64,000 bases of DNA. Source: Phoronis australis (taxonomy: Eukaryota; Animalia; Phoronida). The number at the start of each line of letters is the position of its first letter. Positions within the stretch are counted from its first letter, which is position 1. The notes beneath the pieces are model-generated. The model ran no database searches and was not told where the DNA came from. It was given only the letters and a program-made list of their open reading frames with translations. Below are positions 58,783 through 64,000 of this stretch, piece after piece. The stretch spans positions 186,001-250,000 of the forward strand of contig NMRA01000066.1 in NCBI GenBank assembly GCA_002633005.1. The letters are read 5' to 3'. A program made the translations under genes and the position numbers.

Positions 58783-60220
58783 GGAGATAGTCTTCATGGG
58801 AGCTTATCTCCACATGTTGAAATGTTTTGAGAATATACCTCTTTCACACTCTGCTTAAGAAGAGAACTTGTGTGGTCATTTATGTCACCTGTTAAGACCT
58901 TTAGATGGAGCTGCCGGTCACAACTCAAGACACATTACACACCTAAACTATTTGTACAAATGTTGTTTCTCAGTCATGTTAGAGTATTCTGCTTCCAGTA
59001 ATAGTCATTTTCAAGGGTTCCACATTTTGAGAACCAGTTTTCTCCACTCAATAATGGGTATCATGCTGGTTCTCAAAACCCAGAACCTCTAAAAGTGACT
59101 GAGGCCCTACTTACAGCAGAAATGACCTCTCAGTTTCTACTTTTTAAACTTTTTCTGTCATCATCTTCATAATTGATAGTAGAGCTATGATGACAGTAAA
59201 TTTTGTGTTTCCTCTACTGTCTCGGCTACTTATTCTTTGCTGCATCATTGGTTTACTTTTGGATTGTGCCTAATTGGTGATTGGTGGCGAGATTGGGAAC
59301 ATCAGATCTGCGTATTAATCAGGCTGGGTGAAGGTTTTGTGCGATGAAATCCTTTTCTTAGATTTCACTACTTGTGAGGTATGTTCTGAAAAGGAAGAGA
59401 TAAGCATTTAAGCTGTGATTCGTGTTGTGGTAGTGCATTATTTGTGGTGGATCCAGAGTTTTTGTGAAAGGTGTTCAATGAATGAGACACCACCTGGACC
59501 TGTTAGGAATCCGCTAAACAAGAAACTGGATGTGAATGAAGCTAGCAGATTGTGCTGGTTCTAAGGCTGGTGTCAAAAGACTCAGTGAGATATTAGATAG
59601 CTGCAAGGGCTTAGGAAACAGTATACGCATCCCTCATGGCGGTTTCCTGAATTATTCTGTGAACCACAATGCGAGTGCGGTTGGAAATTCATTGCGTTTT
59701 AGAAATGCATTCTTGGTTCTCCTGTAAAAAGAAGGGTGGCGAGAAATTAATACAAAATGAGAATTAGAACAGGAAAGATGTTGATCCTTTCGTGGAATTA
59801 GCGACTACTTTCCAAACTGTAACAATAAACATATGAAGATGGGTGGTCCAGTAAACATAACTTTGATGGGCTTTGCCTTTTGTGAACAATTGGCCATGCT
59901 TGAAGTTTTGATTTATGTCACATGCGTGGAGAATTAGCCGAGTGAAAAACCATCATGTCTGTTCACAAATGTTTTATGAATACAAATGGACATAATTCTA
60001 CACTAGTTATCGTGTTTGATTTAGGGATCTTATAAGCCATCGAAAACTGACAATTTCTAGTTATTGTATTTTTTTCAAATTTCATGAAAAGCAAATTACA
60101 AAACTATGAACACGTTAGTCACCTCTATAAAATTAACTTCCTCTTTGCTTTTCAGTAGGCTGCTATACCCGTTTCTTAATGAGAATGAGTATTAAAATGA
60201 AAGCTCACTGATTACGGCGT

Positions 60221-60718
60221 TTTCCCGTTGCTCCCAACTTGTAGCCCAACAACAAATTGGGAAGTTTACCCCCGTAGCCAATATCTTACACGACTGATTA
60301 ACTCAATTCTGGCATTTATGGTTGGAGGGCCAACTGTCTTTTGTCCGATAATTGCTATATCTCTAATAAGATCGTACCTACCCTGACTGGGCTGTGCTGT
60401 TAAAAATAAAAGTTAAGTCATAACATATTTGATCATAAACCAATAGCATTTCTGAAATCTTCGTTCAAATGGGGATCATGTTTAGTTTTTGAATCGCCAA
60501 AATCGCCCAACTGCAACCGAAGTTACGACAATCTATTCTGTCCGAATACACCAATTCACTCCGAGTTTGACTATGTTCAAACGTGGTCTGTAATAAGCCT
60601 GGTAGATAAGTGGCCTGCTTATTGGCATAACAGACAAAAGAGTGTACTTGGCAGTTAACAAAAAAGCTAGATTTCATCACACGCTCAGAACCTCCTACGT
60701 CTGGTAAAGTCAGTGAAC
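60221..60718 (+). repeat. Dispersed repeat, copy 2 (copy 1 at 31341-31808)
   Basis: Colinear with 31341-31808 apart from an extra ~30-40-nt segment near 60545-60590. Confidence 0.9.
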
Positions 60719-63014
60719 TGGAAAACGCTTTCATGCGTATTGACCTGGTCGTGCCTCTTGCCAAGGGCACTCCCCGTCATTAAGTTGCGACCGTGCCGCT
60801 AGGTAAGGTCACCTTTTCAATGAAAAACTTACTCGTATAAAGACAAGACTGGTTTATGGATTGGTATTATAATTATTGCCTTGGGACATCCAGTTTCACG
60901 CGTCGGGGCTGTATCTAACGTTTTGAGTTAATTTTGTCATCAGTCGTCTCAGCAAAGGTACTTGTGAAGTAAGGCGAGTTAACAAACCTTATTTATATGG
61001 TTATGCTTGGAAAGGAGTGCATGTTATTTGTGGACTAGACGATCAATTCATGCTTGTTTTATCTTACTTTGCAATTGGTCAAAAGAATTTCGTATTATTT
61101 CCAAAACGTCACTATCGTACTGTAGTTACAGGGCCATGCGGCTATTTCCGACTAATAGTGCATTTTTAAAAGAAAGTTAACTCGAATTTTCAGATGAGGC
61201 GCATACGTGGTACACGATAAGGGTTTTAGGGAAGTATTTTTATGAACTTGGCTCTTTTGGGCCGTCAGCTGTTAGGGGGTATAAAAGTAATGTAACGGAA
61301 AACTCTATCACGGGCCGTAAAATCTGACATTGATCATAAACTGCGTCGTCTCGCCGGTTGGAATGAATAGATGGAACACCGTGTAGTTTCGTCTATTTCG
61401 GTGCTCAGAGTGCAAAATAAGGCATATAGGTTGAGGATTCAGTATAGTAGAGTCCAGTTTGGGGTCGTGCATTGAAATGGGTCAGTTTTAAATGGTGCAG
61501 CCGCGACGTGGTCCTGCTAACTGTCTCAGGGACTGTTTAAAAATACTTGTTGAAAATTGATACCCGAGTTGCTAATGCGCGGATGTCCGACTTTCGTCGT
61601 CAACGTCAACATTTGCGGAAACACCAATTACTTAGAAGAATATAAATTTCAATCAGATCTAGCAAAAATCAAACAGCGCACATTGCTGTTTGGAGTAGGA
61701 TTCTCTCGAACTTCAGCCAAAAGTGACTGAAGGACCACCGATTCCTAAAAGATTAGCTGATAAATAATCTTTGAATCAGTAACGCGCATGTGAAAAATTT
61801 CTCGCTTACACTGGTCATCGCTCCGATTTCCTTAGCTCTAGACAACTTTTATGATGCCTATTCAGCACACCCTTTGAAGTTGATCTGAGCAATGAAGCTG
61901 AAAGGTAATAGCTAGCATTGCTGTCTTAACAATGATGGTTGTTATTACGCCCAAATTAGTTTTCTGTGACATTTGCACAGTGTTACAGTCTGCAACTGTG
62001 GGGAATAGTTTTAACTTTGGTACATTTTAAATATTACAAAATGACTAAAACAGTTAATTTGTGTTTATCTTGATGAAGGACCGCTTCCCAAAGGAACGAT
62101 GGTTTTAAATATGTTTCATACCGGTTTTCGTTATTTCGTTTTTAATACCCCTGTCTACGGTGTTTTTTTTTTCTTACCGGGAACGGGTTGATATGTTTAA
62201 TGTTATTTTTAAAACTATAGTGGTAGATTTTGATCGCCAGCGAAGTTTAATTAAAATAGTTAATTGGGAACCCATCCCTGAAATTTCCAGACTACAGATA
62301 CACGTAACATTTCACAGCTAACAAAACTACACGTGTCATTAGTTCAAGTTTAATCTTTATTAGAACTCAAATAATAAAGTATACAAAAGTGCAAATATGG
62401 TGATAGTCAAACTGAAGATTTGGAATCTAGAGACAATTTCGGTTGCACTGGCTGAATGACTATTCTAGCTTTTTGTCAGTCATAAATGAATGATAAGTGG
62501 GCACAAGTTAAATACAACTGTTTCCCAGTCAAAAAATGAGTGAAATGAGATTGAAAGAATAATTCATGTGATACTGTCAACTGATCAGAGTTAGTAAATC
62601 CACCCAGTACATCAATACGCACGGTCGTTTATCTTGCGTAACAAATGTTTGTTGTTTTTAGCTTATTAGTTCATCGATTTTTTTGAAAATTGAAAACCTT
62701 ACTTGGTTGTTTTTTCCAGCTGAATACCGCCGTGGTGTTCGTTTTTAACGAAAATTATTGGTCATTGCAATTTGAAAATTCGCCATTATGTACAGGCAGA
62801 GATGTTTACTACAGTTTACGGTCGGGTAATTACACTTAATTGTGTCTTGCTCGCTCCGGAGAATGAGGTCATCACAACCATCCGACTCCGGCGCCGTAAC
62901 TTCCTTGTAAGTGTATTATCCATGGTATGATCTGTTTTATTCCACAAATATAGCACAATAGCCGAACTTAGGCTACGATTGTTTCCGCGCCGATAACCAA
63001 GAAAATTTACTTAA

Positions 63015-63936
63015 AATGATACCAAACTTGGTTTTGGCCTATTAATAGCTAGGTATTGAAGCTGGCGCTCCCATCTAGTTCTCGGAAACAAGGTAATGCG
63101 CTGTAGCCCTCGACAACCCTGAAATGGTTCGAACGCAGACTATATGGTTCGAACACAATCTCAATGAAAATTGTGCCAATGGCAAGCGTGACATTGCTTT
63201 GGCGAGTTGTAAACGACAACCGTAGAGAAGTCGAATCCTACTCAGAGTGGGACGCCATGCTCGCATCCAGCTTGAAATGTGGGGGGCTCGGATTTTTGGG
63301 ATGTAGACCTTTAACTAAAAAAAAAAGCGAGGTACGTTCTGAGCTGTAAAATTGTGCGTTAGCCGAATTTTGGTAGTTCCTGCCTCTTTAGTGGACTTTT
63401 GTCTCGATCGTTATCTCAGACATTTTGTTTCTCCGAGGCAGGCCTTTTTGCCCACTTCGCCAGATGGGGGGGGGGCTCGAATGGTTGCGTGCTTGCCAAT
63501 GATGCATCATCAGGTGCGGACAGAACGAGCCGGTTGAAATTATATAAAACACTGAGGTATCCTTTTAAAGTGGAACTTCGCGCTAATTAAGTAGTCTGTG
63601 ATTGCTTGGTCAAATTAGTCAGTAGAAACACAACATATGCAGCGACGATGTGATTAGTATGAAGTAGGTTGAAAATTGCCAAATGTTTTTAAGAACGAGT
63701 TTTGTGTCGCAAATGACGCGCCGTAAACCAACCGTCAGTGTGTCCAATAAGTATCGTGACGTGTTGGGGAATGACACTGCATGTGATGATGCGGGCTATG
63801 TGAGCCCCCGAGGTACGTCATTCGTACAAAGGTCACCTATTTGCAGACATTTTTTGTGATTGTTCAAATACTGCCGGCATTGTCGTTTTGTTCCTGCTGT
63901 ACATTAGCATATAGTTAGGAGCATGCAAATTAACCT
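63015..63936. mobile_element. Two adjacent Kolobok-like MITE candidates sharing a central TTAA
   Basis: TTAA(63011)-AATGATACC ... GGTATCCTT-TTAA(63565-63568)-AGTGGAACTT ... AAATTAACCT-TTAA(63937-63940). The TIR matches are short and imperfect. Confidence 0.35.
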
Positions 63937-64000
63937 TTAAGACGGAAGAATGTAGTTAGTCATGATATTCACGATATATTTTTACTAACATAGTGATGTT

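Overview
AT-rich, intron-containing animal genomic DNA. It is probably a lophotrochozoan/mollusc-like invertebrate, which is an inference and cannot be proven from sequence alone. Four protein-coding genes were reconstructed by hand from GT-AG splice sites and reading-frame phase: (1) a single-coding-exon FKRP/LicD-family type II membrane phosphotransferase (+, 4151-6145); (2) a 14-exon LRRC74-like leucine-rich-repeat protein with two C-terminal EF-hands (-, 13401-27389), almost invisible in the ORF track; (3) a C2H2 zinc-finger gene with about 11 fingers and an unannotated N-terminal domain (-, 36254-38620); (4) an 18-exon mitochondrial HSP90 TRAP1 (+, 40442-58503), head-to-head with the zinc-finger gene. 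Intergenic and intronic space is rich in DNA-transposon relics. There are two TTAA-flanked Kolobok-type elements with frameshifted THAP domains, one built from two inverted copies of the left end (~310-bp arms containing the THAP start codon). There is also a decayed hAT transposase that keeps a spliceosomal intron, piggyBac-, Harbinger-, Tc1/pogo- and hAT-like MITEs, tRNA-derived SINE remnants, minisatellites, and a ~470-bp direct repeat bracketing the ZNF-TRAP1 pair. No prokaryotic systems, CRISPR arrays, rRNA or intact tRNA genes were seen. All identities are by-eye estimates and no database searches were run.
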